From a virus (taxonomy: Duplodnaviria > Caudoviricetes): a stretch of 36,295 nucleotides of DNA. The translations under genes and the position numbers were made by a program. The stretch covers positions 1 through 36,295 of IMG/VR virus record IMGVR_UViG_3300046779_000312; one strand, 5' to 3'. Below are positions 27,401-36,295 of the stretch, one piece after another (the stretch's first letter is position 1; every line of letters starts with the position of its first letter). The notes below the pieces were generated by a model. The model did not search any database, was not told where the DNA came from, and saw only the letters and a list, made by a program, of their open reading frames with translations.

Positions 27401-28697
27401 GACTGTAGATTCTAATGCTGATTTAGAATTACGTGCTAACGGAACAGGCAGAATTTATGTTCCAGATGACAATGTTTTAATTGATAACAACTTAACTGTT
27501 TTAGGTACAACCACTCTTGGCAATACAAATATTACTGGTACTGTTACCTACACCGGTGATATTATTCAAACTGGTAATGTAACACAAACTGGTAACTACA
27601 GCGTTACAGGTACTTTAACTGTTGGTAGTGACGCACAATTTGAAAATATTAAAATTGCTGGAAACAGATTATATACAACATTATCAAACAGTAACTTAGA
27701 ATTAAGTGCCGCAGGTACAGGTATTATTACTATACCTTACAACAATGTTTCTATGGGACAGAATTTATCTGTTGCTGGAGATATTACTGTAACAAATGTT
27801 ACAGCAAGTAATCGCGTAACTGCGGAAGAATTTTATACTAGCGACATTTTAGTCAAAGACAATTATATTGCTACTACAACTTCTAATAGCAATTTAGAGT
27901 TACGTGCTAACGGAACAGGTTATATTAAATTAGAAGAATTTGACATTAATGCAAACGTTATTAGTTCAAATTCTAGCAGTGATATCGTACTACAGCCAGG
28001 AACAGGTAAGGTTGTTTCGATTAGTTCAAATCAAAGTTTAATTATTCCGGTAGGTAATACAGCAGAGCGTCCGACAGCCGAGTCTGGTATGATTCGCTTT
28101 AACAGCCAAATGGGTCGTTATGAAGGTTATGATGGCACAAATTGGATTAAATTAAGTGGTGTTGGCGACTTAGATGAAACAACATATATTACCGCAGAAC
28201 TAACACCGGGTGCAAACGACGACACTATTCGTTTTTACAATAACAATGTACTAACTGCTGATTTGACTAGTGCAAGATTAAGTGCTCCACGAATTGAAGT
28301 CGATAACTTGATTATCGACGGCAATACAATTAGCAGTACAACAAATACAGATATTATCTTTAACGCAACAGGAACTGGCAGTATTAAACTAGCCAACTTT
28401 GCTATTAAAGACAATACAATTACAAACACAGTATCAGGTGCTATAACAACAATTACACAATCGGGCACAGGATATTTTAAGATTGCAGGCACTAACGGTT
28501 TTGTTGTGCCAACAGGTGTTAGCTCAGAGCGTCCTAGTGCGTATGCTGTTGTCGGTATGACACGATACAACTCCGAACTAAAGCAGTTAGAAATTTTTAA
28601 CGGAACTTCTTGGGACTCAGCCGCAGGAGCAGGCGGTGGTATTAATGCGGCAACTGCGGAAGATATTGCAATCACTTACGCTTTGATATTAGGATAA
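24468..28697 (+). CDS. Large virion fibre/adhesin, paralog of 20897..24319, with inserted LamG/concanavalin-A-like domain
   Basis: Same architecture as the upstream gene plus KKFGTASLYLDG...FGTDDFCIEAWVYP...WTHVALAR...GYVDDVRISKG (LamG-like). Confidence 0.8.
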   Translation: MAVGRISGPLLKSNLLRNGVDLAFETDLIYLNVTDADPANHKIGVKTTTPTHTLTVDGTTRTTNLLVDTLAEIADISISGTTVETSQSVLSLMPAGASPVVYQAKLRVDDVEIENNVISTHTTNTNLELRPNGTGSVEVFSDVTVNGNIHATGNITADGNIQLGDANTDNITFAADVASNIVPDADDTYTLGESGKRWADVWTNNLFADVIDTGDLVVDSINLNLRQGNIWYVAVNGSDSYSGTHQNDPFLTIKHALSQATSGDTVYVYPGDYEEIFPLTVPQGVAIVGANLRSVTIRPTAATRTLDCFKMNGETTIQDFTITGFEHEPIGNTGHAFTFAPGMKVTTRSPYVKNITVLTFGSSVRLGTATADDPRGYAAGDAGHGAYIDGSLVDPDSIEAAMLFHAVTFITPAAETLIATNGARVEWLNSFTYFADKGMYLYSGTTGFAGQGRTEVRVTGDTGTFAVGNTLSYYDTDGVTVLGSGVIDEIDTDGKIYLTGNVSGLETQLERGGKTITAGGNAQLATAQKKFGTASLYLDGTGDYANIASNSDFGFGTDDFCIEAWVYPTSTGTYRTLFDLRTAAPADGGGIILGITDSNQLYFYYNFNYRVGPVGTISTNTWTHVALARVSGSTRAFVNGTQVGSTYTDTNNYATRPLRIGADPNGNYAFTGYVDDVRISKGAGRYSSNFVAPTSALVNDSYSVLLAHFDGADTSTVFADDVLLPQDIRTSAGGTATAFSLVDYSDFGAEVRSIGSAAVYGNYGIYGDGAGVVAYLIGQNLAYIGTQHRSDNDVTYVVQANEVIELNGAKIYYSSVDHKGDFRVGDLFYVNQAAGTVEFTTTSFNISSLTGVTFTDGVNTTYIDGTEVSTGNIKISGNTVESTTGDVNILSASDEINLQNNVNIAGNLDVTGNVTIGGNIQLGDQTTDTISIVAGITSDITPSATETYTLGTNGLQWANIYAGNLHIDSINIDGNVIKTVDSNADLELRANGTGRIYVPDDNVLIDNNLTVLGTTTLGNTNITGTVTYTGDIIQTGNVTQTGNYSVTGTLTVGSDAQFENIKIAGNRLYTTLSNSNLELSAAGTGIITIPYNNVSMGQNLSVAGDITVTNVTASNRVTAEEFYTSDILVKDNYIATTTSNSNLELRANGTGYIKLEEFDINANVISSNSSSDIVLQPGTGKVVSISSNQSLIIPVGNTAERPTAESGMIRFNSQMGRYEGYDGTNWIKLSGVGDLDETTYITAELTPGANDDTIRFYNNNVLTADLTSARLSAPRIEVDNLIIDGNTISSTTNTDIIFNATGTGSIKLANFAIKDNTITNTVSGAITTITQSGTGYFKIAGTNGFVVPTGVSSERPSAYAVVGMTRYNSELKQLEIFNGTSWDSAAGAGGGINAATAEDIAITYALILG

Positions 28698-28701
28698 TAA
28701 A

Positions 28702-29031
28702 ATGGCAAACTTTTTTAAAAATAAAGTTATAAACGAAATCGGAACTACTCCAATACAAGTTTTAGAATTTGGTCCAAGTACCAGAGGAACAGTTATTGGG
28801 TTAAGTCTTGCAAATTTAACAGCCAGTAACATATTGGCAAGTATTACTATTACAGACGACGCAAGTACTGTTGGATATTATATTAAAGATATTTTGATAG
28901 CACCTAACTCAAGTTTAAGAGTAGTTAACGGTGGTGAAAAATTAATTTTAGCACCAAACAATTCAATCCATGTTTTTGCAAGTCAAGACTATTCATTGGA
29001 TTGTATTTTAAGTTACGTTGAGATAGCATAA
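28702..29031 (+). CDS. Small beta-rich virion protein (fibre partner)
   Basis: 109 aa, MANFFKNK...TVIGLSLAN...IAPNSSL...GGEKLIL...DCILSYVEI. Confidence 0.65.
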   Translation: MANFFKNKVINEIGTTPIQVLEFGPSTRGTVIGLSLANLTASNILASITITDDASTVGYYIKDILIAPNSSLRVVNGGEKLILAPNNSIHVFASQDYSLDCILSYVEIA

Positions 29032-29041
29032 GGAGCATAAC

Positions 29042-29404
29042 ATGACATTTTATCTTGGAACTCAACCATCAGAAACAATTGATTTATCGTCGAGATACTT
29101 CTATGCTATTCGCAGAACAGATGACGGTTTATTATATTTTATAAAAGTAGACCAAATGAAAGACGATGACGAAATCATTGTTAACAACCCAGGTCTAACT
29201 GAAAACGACTTTACAGAGTTTGAATATGGAGTTGACTATTTTGACGGCAGGTCGGAACTAGATCATAGCAGACCGCATACAAACTTACAATGGGATCAAT
29301 ATCGTTGGGACGGAAGAAGTTTATATTATTACATCAATGACAACGGAGAATTTGTTGTTCGTGTAAACAAAGAATATGTTTATCCACCAGGATCTGAAGT
29401 TTAA
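29042..29404 (+). CDS. Hypothetical virion protein
   Basis: 120 aa; RYFYAIRRTDDG...YRWD...YYINDNGEFVVR; SD AAGGAG. Confidence 0.65.
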   Translation: MTFYLGTQPSETIDLSSRYFYAIRRTDDGLLYFIKVDQMKDDDEIIVNNPGLTENDFTEFEYGVDYFDGRSELDHSRPHTNLQWDQYRWDGRSLYYYINDNGEFVVRVNKEYVYPPGSEV

Positions 29405-29439
29405 TAAGTACTAAGGTAAATCGAGATAAGGACAGCAAA

Positions 29440-32400
29440 ATGGCTCAAGAGTTTAAAATTGGTAGATTGCGTTTTACATGGCGCGGACAGTGGGACAACA
29501 ACGTCGAATATAACAGAGACGCCGTAGTTCAATACGAGGGTAAATGTTATGTATGTAAATATCCTCATACAAGTTCTGCTACAGACTTCTACGAAGATTT
29601 GTATTACATAGCACAAAGTGGTGCAGATGAATCTCGCTGGACAATCATGCTAGATGGTAAAGCATGGAAACAAGATTGGACACCAAATACTTCTTACTCT
29701 TTAGGTAACATTGTTCGTTACGGCGGCGTTGTTTATGTTTGTATAGAAGCACATACTAGCGATCCAGATGCAATAGATCAAACTAAATGGGACGTTTATT
29801 CTCGATTCGATAATTGGACAAGTGCTTGGACTACTAGCACATTCTACGGTGAAAACGATATTGTTAAGTACGGCGGTATTGTATATCGTTGCGTGGAAGA
29901 CCATGAATCTACAACAACTGTATCATTAGGTTTAGAAGCAGATCAAGCCAAGTGGGAAGTTGTTAATGACGGATTAGAATATAGAGGTGAGTGGGCCGCA
30001 ACTACTCGTTATAAGAAAAACGATATTGTTAAGAGCGGAGCAGATGCCTACAAGTGTACACAGGGACATACATCTACTAGCACATTTGATGACACAAAAT
30101 TTAGTCTATGGCTACCAGGTGAAGAATATTACGGTACTTGGAGCAGTAGTGCCGTTTATCAAGAAGGCGATATAATCATTTATGGCGGATACTCATACAT
30201 GAGTATCATTCCAAATAACACAAATATTGTTCCGTCTACAAACGCTGAAGACAGTTCTTCAGCATGGGAATTAGTAACTAAAGGATTTAACACTAGAAAC
30301 GAATGGTCTTCTGGCCCGTACAAAGTTGGTGATATTGTTAGAAGAGCAGGACAATTATTTGCCGCTATTGCAGACAGTACAAGCGAAGATCCAACAGCAT
30401 TTTCTGTTTCAACAACATATACTGCTACAGGTAGTTCTGGAACAACTGTAAAAGTTGCAAGTTCATCTGGCGTAGTGCCGGGTATGATTATTCACGGATC
30501 AGGATTTACCTTAGGACAAACAGTTGTGTCTGTACAAAATAGTACAACAGTTGTTCTTGATAGAGCACCTGACGGTACTCCTACAGATAGTCAGATATTA
30601 AACTTCGTTGGTGTCAACTATACATATTGGAAGTTAGTAATTCCAGGCATTAACTGGAATAATTTCTGGGAAGCAGAAACATTATATGTTATCGGCGAAA
30701 CAGTTATTTGGCAAAACGCAACGTATCGTTGCACACAAACAATTCCTAACACAACGTCGGCTATTAGACCTGACTTAGATACTTCTAGTTCTTATTGGAC
30801 TTTATTGGCAGCTCATGATAGATTTAATGCCGGTAATACACAAGGAGATATTGTAACTAGAAGTGCAGACGAAGTAAACGTTGCTGTACCTATCGGCACA
30901 CAAGACTATGTACTAAGAGCCACTGACGGTACTCCGCAATGGAGGAAAATACAAGTAGTTCCAGATGTTTACTATGTTGCTCCAGAAGGCATTGACAGCG
31001 CAGACAGAGGAGATACAATAGATAAGCCATGGGCATCTATCAAGTACGCTTGCGAAAGAATTGCACAAGGATCGTTAAATCAGAATGCAAATACTTTACT
31101 AGTTGAAAATAAAGAATGGCTAGTAGAAGAAATGTATCAATGGATGCTATATCAAAAGCAAGAGTCTAACAGTCCATTTAATCCAGCATCTGAGTTTGAT
31201 GAGTTTTCAACTAGACGAGATGCAAGATTAATCATTGATGCATTATCCTATGATATTACTCGCGGAAGTAACAGTCGTATTGTATATGCTACACAATCAT
31301 ATTTTGCTGACAACAGCGACACATCGTTTTATAACGAAGAAACAGATGCCGCACAAGCATTTATTGTTGCTAGTTTAGAATTCTTAACAACACTAATTGG
31401 AAATGCATTAAATCAAACTACACCAGCAGACAGTTATCAAGAATTAATGTCTGTTCCTGAGATTGACAGATTATCTCAATATAAGAACGCAGGAATTTCT
31501 ACTGAGTTAAATGCTTATGTAGAAATTCAAAGTCTAATGGACTTAGTTATCAACGCAATCGATGTTGCTAATAAGAAAACATTGCCCTTGCCAAACGATG
31601 GAATTACTTCAACTGTTATGGTAAAGACAGGAACATACTCGGAACAGTTGCCTATTATTGTTCCAGACAATACTGCAATTAACGGAGATGAATTGCGCGG
31701 TGCAGTTGTGCAACCTGCAACAAGAATTGTAACATTTGCAACAAACGTATATGAATCTACTAATGAAATTGGAGTATATTCTGTAGCAGGTATGGAAGTA
31801 GATATGCCAATACAAATGAAGGCTCCTACAACCAATGATCAATTTAGTAATATTACAGAAGCACAAACATATTATATTGCTTCTATTGACGAAGTTACAA
31901 ATAGAATTACAATCTCGGAAACTGTAGGCGGAGCAGACTTTGACATTGATGCTGACGATTCAGGATTCATGGATGTGTATGCTGGAGAGTGCTTAAAGGA
32001 TATGTTCTATGTTCGTAATGCCACAGGTATTCGTAACATGACACTAACAGGCCTGGCAGGTTTCTTAGGACCGATTAACTCATTTGGTACACGCAGACCA
32101 ACAGGCGGCGCCTATGTTAGTTTGGATCCAGGCACTGGTCCAGACGACACAACAACATGGATTCTACGTAGAAGCCCGTATATTCAAAACGTTACAAACT
32201 TTGGTACAGGTTGCGTAGGTATGAAAATTGACGGTTACTTGCACAACGGCGGTAACAAATCGATTGTGTGTAACGACTTTACACAAATTTTAAGCGACGG
32301 TATCGGTGTGTGGTGTGTAGGTCCTGACTCGTTAACTGAGTGTGTGTCTGTGTTCGCATATTATAACTATGCTGGATACTTTGCTGAAGACGGTGGCCGC

Positions 32401-35400
32401 ATTCGTGCTACTAACGGTAACAGTTCCTATGGTTCTTATGGTGTTATTGCTGAAGGGTTTGACGCTACAGAAATTCCTATCACAGGAAAAATTGACAACC
32501 GTTCAACACAAGTACAGGCAGATGTACAAAGTGCATTTGGTACTAGTGCTGAATTATTATCAATGCAATATAACAATGCAGGTTCAGGATATTTTGAATC
32601 TACAACAAATATGTTGTTACACAGTAATAACTTTATCGAGAGCGCATGGGTTACCGATGGTAATGTATTAATTCAACAAAACAATACAGCACCTAATGAC
32701 CAAACAACAGCGTGGACGTTTACTGGAACAACTTCAAGTTCTGATTCTAGTTACATCTATCAAAACGTATCTATACCAGTTGCCGGTGAAGAATATACAG
32801 CGTTAAGTTCGTTGAACGTTACTGGTAGCGGAAGCAGTGCAACATTTGATATTACAGTGGGTGCAACTTCTTATAGCGCAGTTGTAAACGACGGCGGCAG
32901 CGGCTACGTTGTTGGTAATCAATTGCGAATTTTAGGAAGCCAACTAGGCGGTGTAGACGGAACTAACGACTGTTTCTTAGAAGTACAAAGTTTGTCTGGA
33001 AGTTCTATTTTAACTGTAACTGTTACAGGAACTGTACCACAAGGTTCTGCACAAGAATATACATTGAGCATTTATGCAAGACAAGGTACAAGTACTTCAT
33101 TTGACATGAGTGCTATCTTTAGTGGTAGCTCAACATGTACAGCAAATGCAAACTTTAACTTTGAAAATGAAACATTTACAACATTTGTAACTGGCGCTAC
33201 AGGAACTGTTACTACAGGAAAGTTAGAATTGCCTAGCGGTTGGTGGAGACTTTGGATTACAGTATATGATTATAATGCTCTAAATAACCAAGTACAGTTT
33301 AGAATTTATCCACGTGGTAGAACAGGTAATGCTGGCTTTACAAGATACTATGGCGCACAAGTACAAATAGCAAGTTCTCCAACTTTCTATTTAGAAACTA
33401 ACTCTAACAAGTTTTCAAGTTATGCAGATTACTTTGTTACTGGCGCAGGAACTGGCGCAGAGCTTATTGGTGACGAATTAAGAAGCGGTGCAGTATTCCA
33501 AACACGTATCACAGATGAAGGTACTGGAACAGGTGGTAGAGGATACTTAGTTGCAAGTAATAACGCACAAGGCGGTAACGACGAATATGTTATCCTTGCA
33601 GGATCCAATACTAACACAGAAAACCAACTTGTTGGAATGCGTGTATTCTTACAAAGTGGTACGGGTGCAGGCCAGTACGGTTATATCAGCGCATTTGACG
33701 ATGCCGTAACTAAGACTGCCCAAGTATTAAAAGAATCTTTTGAACCATTAGTTATTACAGCAACTGATAACAGTACTAGCGAGTTTACAATTTCTGGCGG
33801 TACCACAGATCATTTCTATGTAGACCAATTAGTTCAGTTTATACCAACTTACTATACAACAGAAGTAACTCAAACATCTACAGAAGAATTAGATGTATCT
33901 GCTACACTGGGCGGAACTGATAATAAAATTACAGTTTTAAGTACAGCAAAATTAGAAGCCAACATGACTGTTAAATTTACAGGAAGTATATTTGGCGGAC
34001 TTACAGACGAGTACACATATTACATTAAAGAAGTTGTTAACAGCACACAATTTAGTATTACTACAGAACCGTTTGGAAATGTACAACAACTAGTGGATGC
34101 GTTTGCAACACCGACTCAAATTATGAAGGTTATTTTCCCTTCATATACAAGTTATATTAATGCTAATACATCAAACATGTTAGTTAACATGCCCATCTCT
34201 TTCACAGGTACATCAATGGGTGACATTGACGTGGGTACAACTTATTATGTTAACGATGTTATTGATGGTTCGACATTTACAATTAGTTCAACTTTAGTAG
34301 AATTAAACGCTACAGCAACTCAAGCAAGTACTAATTACATCACAACTTCAGGAACATCTAATTTAGTATCAATGAATCCAATATTGTTCTCTGGTACAAC
34401 AATTGGCGGATTAGTTGCTGGAACAAAGTACTATATTAATAAAATTATTAACAGTACACAGTTTACTATCACAGATACTATTATTGAAACTACAGCATAT
34501 GAAACAGCAGAGATTACAAACTTGATTACTGTTGATTCTACAACAGGCTTCATTGCTAATAATCCAATTAAATTTGTTGGAAATACTTTTGGTGGTATTG
34601 TAAACAACACAATTTATTACATCCTTGCGATTAACGATGCAACAACATTTACTATAAGCACTACTCCTGGCGGGTCTGCTGTTATTCTTTCAGCAGGAGC
34701 AGGAGAAGTTAGCGTACAAACAACCGACGCACCATTTACTTTAACAACTGCAACAGGAACAGTAGCCTTAGCAACTACTAACACAAGAACTTCCTTAAAC
34801 TTTGGACAAGGAAGTATGATCGGCACGTTCCAAACTAAGTTGTTTGGTAATGTTGTTAAAGGAACAACTTATTACATTAAAGATATTGTCGATTCGACAC
34901 ACTTTACTGTAACAGCAACATTGGGTGGTAGCACCGCAGTTACTTTAAAAACTGATACAGGGTCTATGAACGTCGGTGCAGTTGGCTGGGATCATATTAA
35001 CCCAGGTACTCCTATCGAATCAACTTTAGATAATTCTACAGTTTATTACGTTGAACCAAGAGTTAAGTACTCGGATCCAACATTTACACAATCGAGCACT
35101 ACATTGCCAACACAATCTATAGGCACTACATGGTCCGCGATTGGATACGGTGATGGAACATTTATTGCAATTCCAAGTAACTATGCAACTGCGGCAAGAA
35201 GCACAGATGGCGAAACATGGACGTCTGTAACCCTACCAGATACAACTAACTGGGCAGACATTGCATACGGTAATAATTATTGGGTTGCTATTTCAGAAGA
35301 AGTTGCATTAGATAGTACACCGAATACAGTGGCTTATTCCAATTCTAATGGATTAGGATGGAGAACTTCTACCCTTCCTTCGTCGTCTGCATGGAAAAAA

Positions 35401-36295
35401 GTAGTGTACGGCAACTCAAAATTTGTTGCTATATCTGGTAGTTCTTCATATACATTTAAAGAACTTTCAGGAACAAATGTTTCAGGAACAGGTGTTGGCG
35501 CAACATTTAATGTCAGTGTAATTAATGGTGACTATACAGTTACATTAGTTAATACAGGATCGGGATATTCAGTATCGAATCAAATTAAGATTTTAGGTAC
35601 TGCATTAGGAGGCACAAGTCCAACAAACGATTTAACTATTACTGTTGCAACGCTTACATCAACAGCATTACCTCCTGCATCTACTACAGGTATCGAGACT
35701 GTAACAATATCTGGCACAGGTGTAAACTCTTCAGCATCAGCATACTCTACTAATTATGGATCTGCGTGGACTGCTGGAACCGGCTTACCAAGTGCAAACT
35801 ATACAGGTTTAACTTACGGACAAGGCAGATTTGTTGCTGTATCAAATGGCGGATTTTACTCTGCGTTAAGTGCTACAAACGTAACTGCAACCGGTTCTGG
35901 AGCAAAATTTAATGTTACAAAAACTGGTAGTACTTATACTGTTTCTGTAGCCAACGGCGGCACAGGTTACTCTGCAGGCCAAACATTAAAAATTCTTGGA
36001 ACAAGTTTAGGCGGATCTACTACAGCAAATGACTTGTCTATAACAATTGACACAATGCAGTCTGGACTAGGAGCAGATCCTACAGCAATCGCTACAGTTA
36101 CTTTTACTGGAACTGCGGTATCTAATACAGCGGCTTACAGCGATGACGGCATCACATGGACCTCAACCACATTGCCTACTACTAGTACATGGAGTGATGT
36201 AACTTTTGGTTCTGGATTATTTGTTGCAGTATCTAGCGACGATGCTAAACCAATATACAGTAGAGATGGCATTACATGGTATGAGTCATTGATAA
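29440..36295 (+). CDS. Giant multidomain virion fibre/adhesin (>2285 aa), truncated at the window end
   Basis: Absent from the ORF track because there is no stop in the window. ATG 29440 reads MAQEFKIGRLRFTWRGQW...; it contains CBM5/12-like repeats (W....Y..GDIV.YGG..Y.C), a beta-helix region and Asp-box motifs S.DG.TW, and is still in frame at the last bases (..SRDGITWYESLI). Confidence 0.85.
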   Translation, partial: MAQEFKIGRLRFTWRGQWDNNVEYNRDAVVQYEGKCYVCKYPHTSSATDFYEDLYYIAQSGADESRWTIMLDGKAWKQDWTPNTSYSLGNIVRYGGVVYVCIEAHTSDPDAIDQTKWDVYSRFDNWTSAWTTSTFYGENDIVKYGGIVYRCVEDHESTTTVSLGLEADQAKWEVVNDGLEYRGEWAATTRYKKNDIVKSGADAYKCTQGHTSTSTFDDTKFSLWLPGEEYYGTWSSSAVYQEGDIIIYGGYSYMSIIPNNTNIVPSTNAEDSSSAWELVTKGFNTRNEWSSGPYKVGDIVRRAGQLFAAIADSTSEDPTAFSVSTTYTATGSSGTTVKVASSSGVVPGMIIHGSGFTLGQTVVSVQNSTTVVLDRAPDGTPTDSQILNFVGVNYTYWKLVIPGINWNNFWEAETLYVIGETVIWQNATYRCTQTIPNTTSAIRPDLDTSSSYWTLLAAHDRFNAGNTQGDIVTRSADEVNVAVPIGTQDYVLRATDGTPQWRKIQVVPDVYYVAPEGIDSADRGDTIDKPWASIKYACERIAQGSLNQNANTLLVENKEWLVEEMYQWMLYQKQESNSPFNPASEFDEFSTRRDARLIIDALSYDITRGSNSRIVYATQSYFADNSDTSFYNEETDAAQAFIVASLEFLTTLIGNALNQTTPADSYQELMSVPEIDRLSQYKNAGISTELNAYVEIQSLMDLVINAIDVANKKTLPLPNDGITSTVMVKTGTYSEQLPIIVPDNTAINGDELRGAVVQPATRIVTFATNVYESTNEIGVYSVAGMEVDMPIQMKAPTTNDQFSNITEAQTYYIASIDEVTNRITISETVGGADFDIDADDSGFMDVYAGECLKDMFYVRNATGIRNMTLTGLAGFLGPINSFGTRRPTGGAYVSLDPGTGPDDTTTWILRRSPYIQNVTNFGTGCVGMKIDGYLHNGGNKSIVCNDFTQILSDGIGVWCVGPDSLTECVSVFAYYNYAGYFAEDGGRIRATNGNSSYGSYGVIAEGFDATEIPITGKIDNRSTQVQADVQSAFGTSAELLSMQYNNAGSGYFESTTNMLLHSNNFIESAWVTDGNVLIQQNNTAPNDQTTAWTFTGTTSSSDSSYIYQNVSIPVAGEEYTALSSLNVTGSGSSATFDITVGATSYSAVVNDGGSGYVVGNQLRILGSQLGGVDGTNDCFLEVQSLSGSSILTVTVTGTVPQGSAQEYTLSIYARQGTSTSFDMSAIFSGSSTCTANANFNFENETFTTFVTGATGTVTTGKLELPSGWWRLWITVYDYNALNNQVQFRIYPRGRTGNAGFTRYYGAQVQIASSPTFYLETNSNKFSSYADYFVTGAGTGAELIGDELRSGAVFQTRITDEGTGTGGRGYLVASNNAQGGNDEYVILAGSNTNTENQLVGMRVFLQSGTGAGQYGYISAFDDAVTKTAQVLKESFEPLVITATDNSTSEFTISGGTTDHFYVDQLVQFIPTYYTTEVTQTSTEELDVSATLGGTDNKITVLSTAKLEANMTVKFTGSIFGGLTDEYTYYIKEVVNSTQFSITTEPFGNVQQLVDAFATPTQIMKVIFPSYTSYINANTSNMLVNMPISFTGTSMGDIDVGTTYYVNDVIDGSTFTISSTLVELNATATQASTNYITTSGTSNLVSMNPILFSGTTIGGLVAGTKYYINKIINSTQFTITDTIIETTAYETAEITNLITVDSTTGFIANNPIKFVGNTFGGIVNNTIYYILAINDATTFTISTTPGGSAVILSAGAGEVSVQTTDAPFTLTTATGTVALATTNTRTSLNFGQGSMIGTFQTKLFGNVVKGTTYYIKDIVDSTHFTVTATLGGSTAVTLKTDTGSMNVGAVGWDHINPGTPIESTLDNSTVYYVEPRVKYSDPTFTQSSTTLPTQSIGTTWSAIGYGDGTFIAIPSNYATAARSTDGETWTSVTLPDTTNWADIAYGNNYWVAISEEVALDSTPNTVAYSNSNGLGWRTSTLPSSSAWKKVVYGNSKFVAISGSSSYTFKELSGTNVSGTGVGATFNVSVINGDYTVTLVNTGSGYSVSNQIKILGTALGGTSPTNDLTITVATLTSTALPPASTTGIETVTISGTGVNSSASAYSTNYGSAWTAGTGLPSANYTGLTYGQGRFVAVSNGGFYSALSATNVTATGSGAKFNVTKTGSTYTVSVANGGTGYSAGQTLKILGTSLGGSTTANDLSITIDTMQSGLGADPTAIATVTFTGTAVSNTAAYSDDGITWTSTTLPTTSTWSDVTFGSGLFVAVSSDDAKPIYSRDGITWYESLI

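Noticed and set aside
20989-34826. Minus-strand and off-frame ORFs within the fibre genes, including 24332..24586, 29987..30175 and 32342..32671
   Set aside because: They overlap longer well-supported ORFs and have no independent signals.
20897-36295. Diversity-generating retroelement or invertible fibre cassette
   Set aside because: No reverse transcriptase or invertase gene, and no long near-identical repeat with adenine-specific differences was seen; similarity between paralogs is ordinary divergence.
1-36295. Stop-codon reassignment, tRNA genes, inteins or introns in core genes
   Set aside because: Genes are intact and densely packed in the standard code, no tRNA cloverleaf was seen, and portal, protease, capsid and gp46/47 show no interruption.

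Overview
This is an AT-rich segment of a large T4-like (Tevenvirinae-like) myophage genome, not a bacterial chromosome. From left to right it holds: minus-strand baseplate genes (the first truncated at the window edge); a plus-strand operon of gp55 late sigma factor, gp47/gp46 (Mre11/Rad50-like), an Hc1-like small protein and a small GIY-YIG nuclease; about 500 nt of non-coding, densely base-paired sequence; a minus-strand gp26-like hub/tail chaperone; a tape-measure-like gene; the head module (portal gp20, protease gp21, scaffold gp22, major capsid gp23); and a long run of virion fibre/adhesin genes ending in an ORF of more than 2285 aa that runs off the window. The best novelty candidates are (1) a putative large structured ncRNA directly behind the GIY-YIG gene, whose G-U wobbles favour a + strand RNA, (2) an apparent programmed -1 frameshift at T-TTT-TTC that extends the gp26-like chaperone, and (3) structured leaders on late transcripts. 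All protein calls are from motif recognition by eye; no database search or folding program was run.
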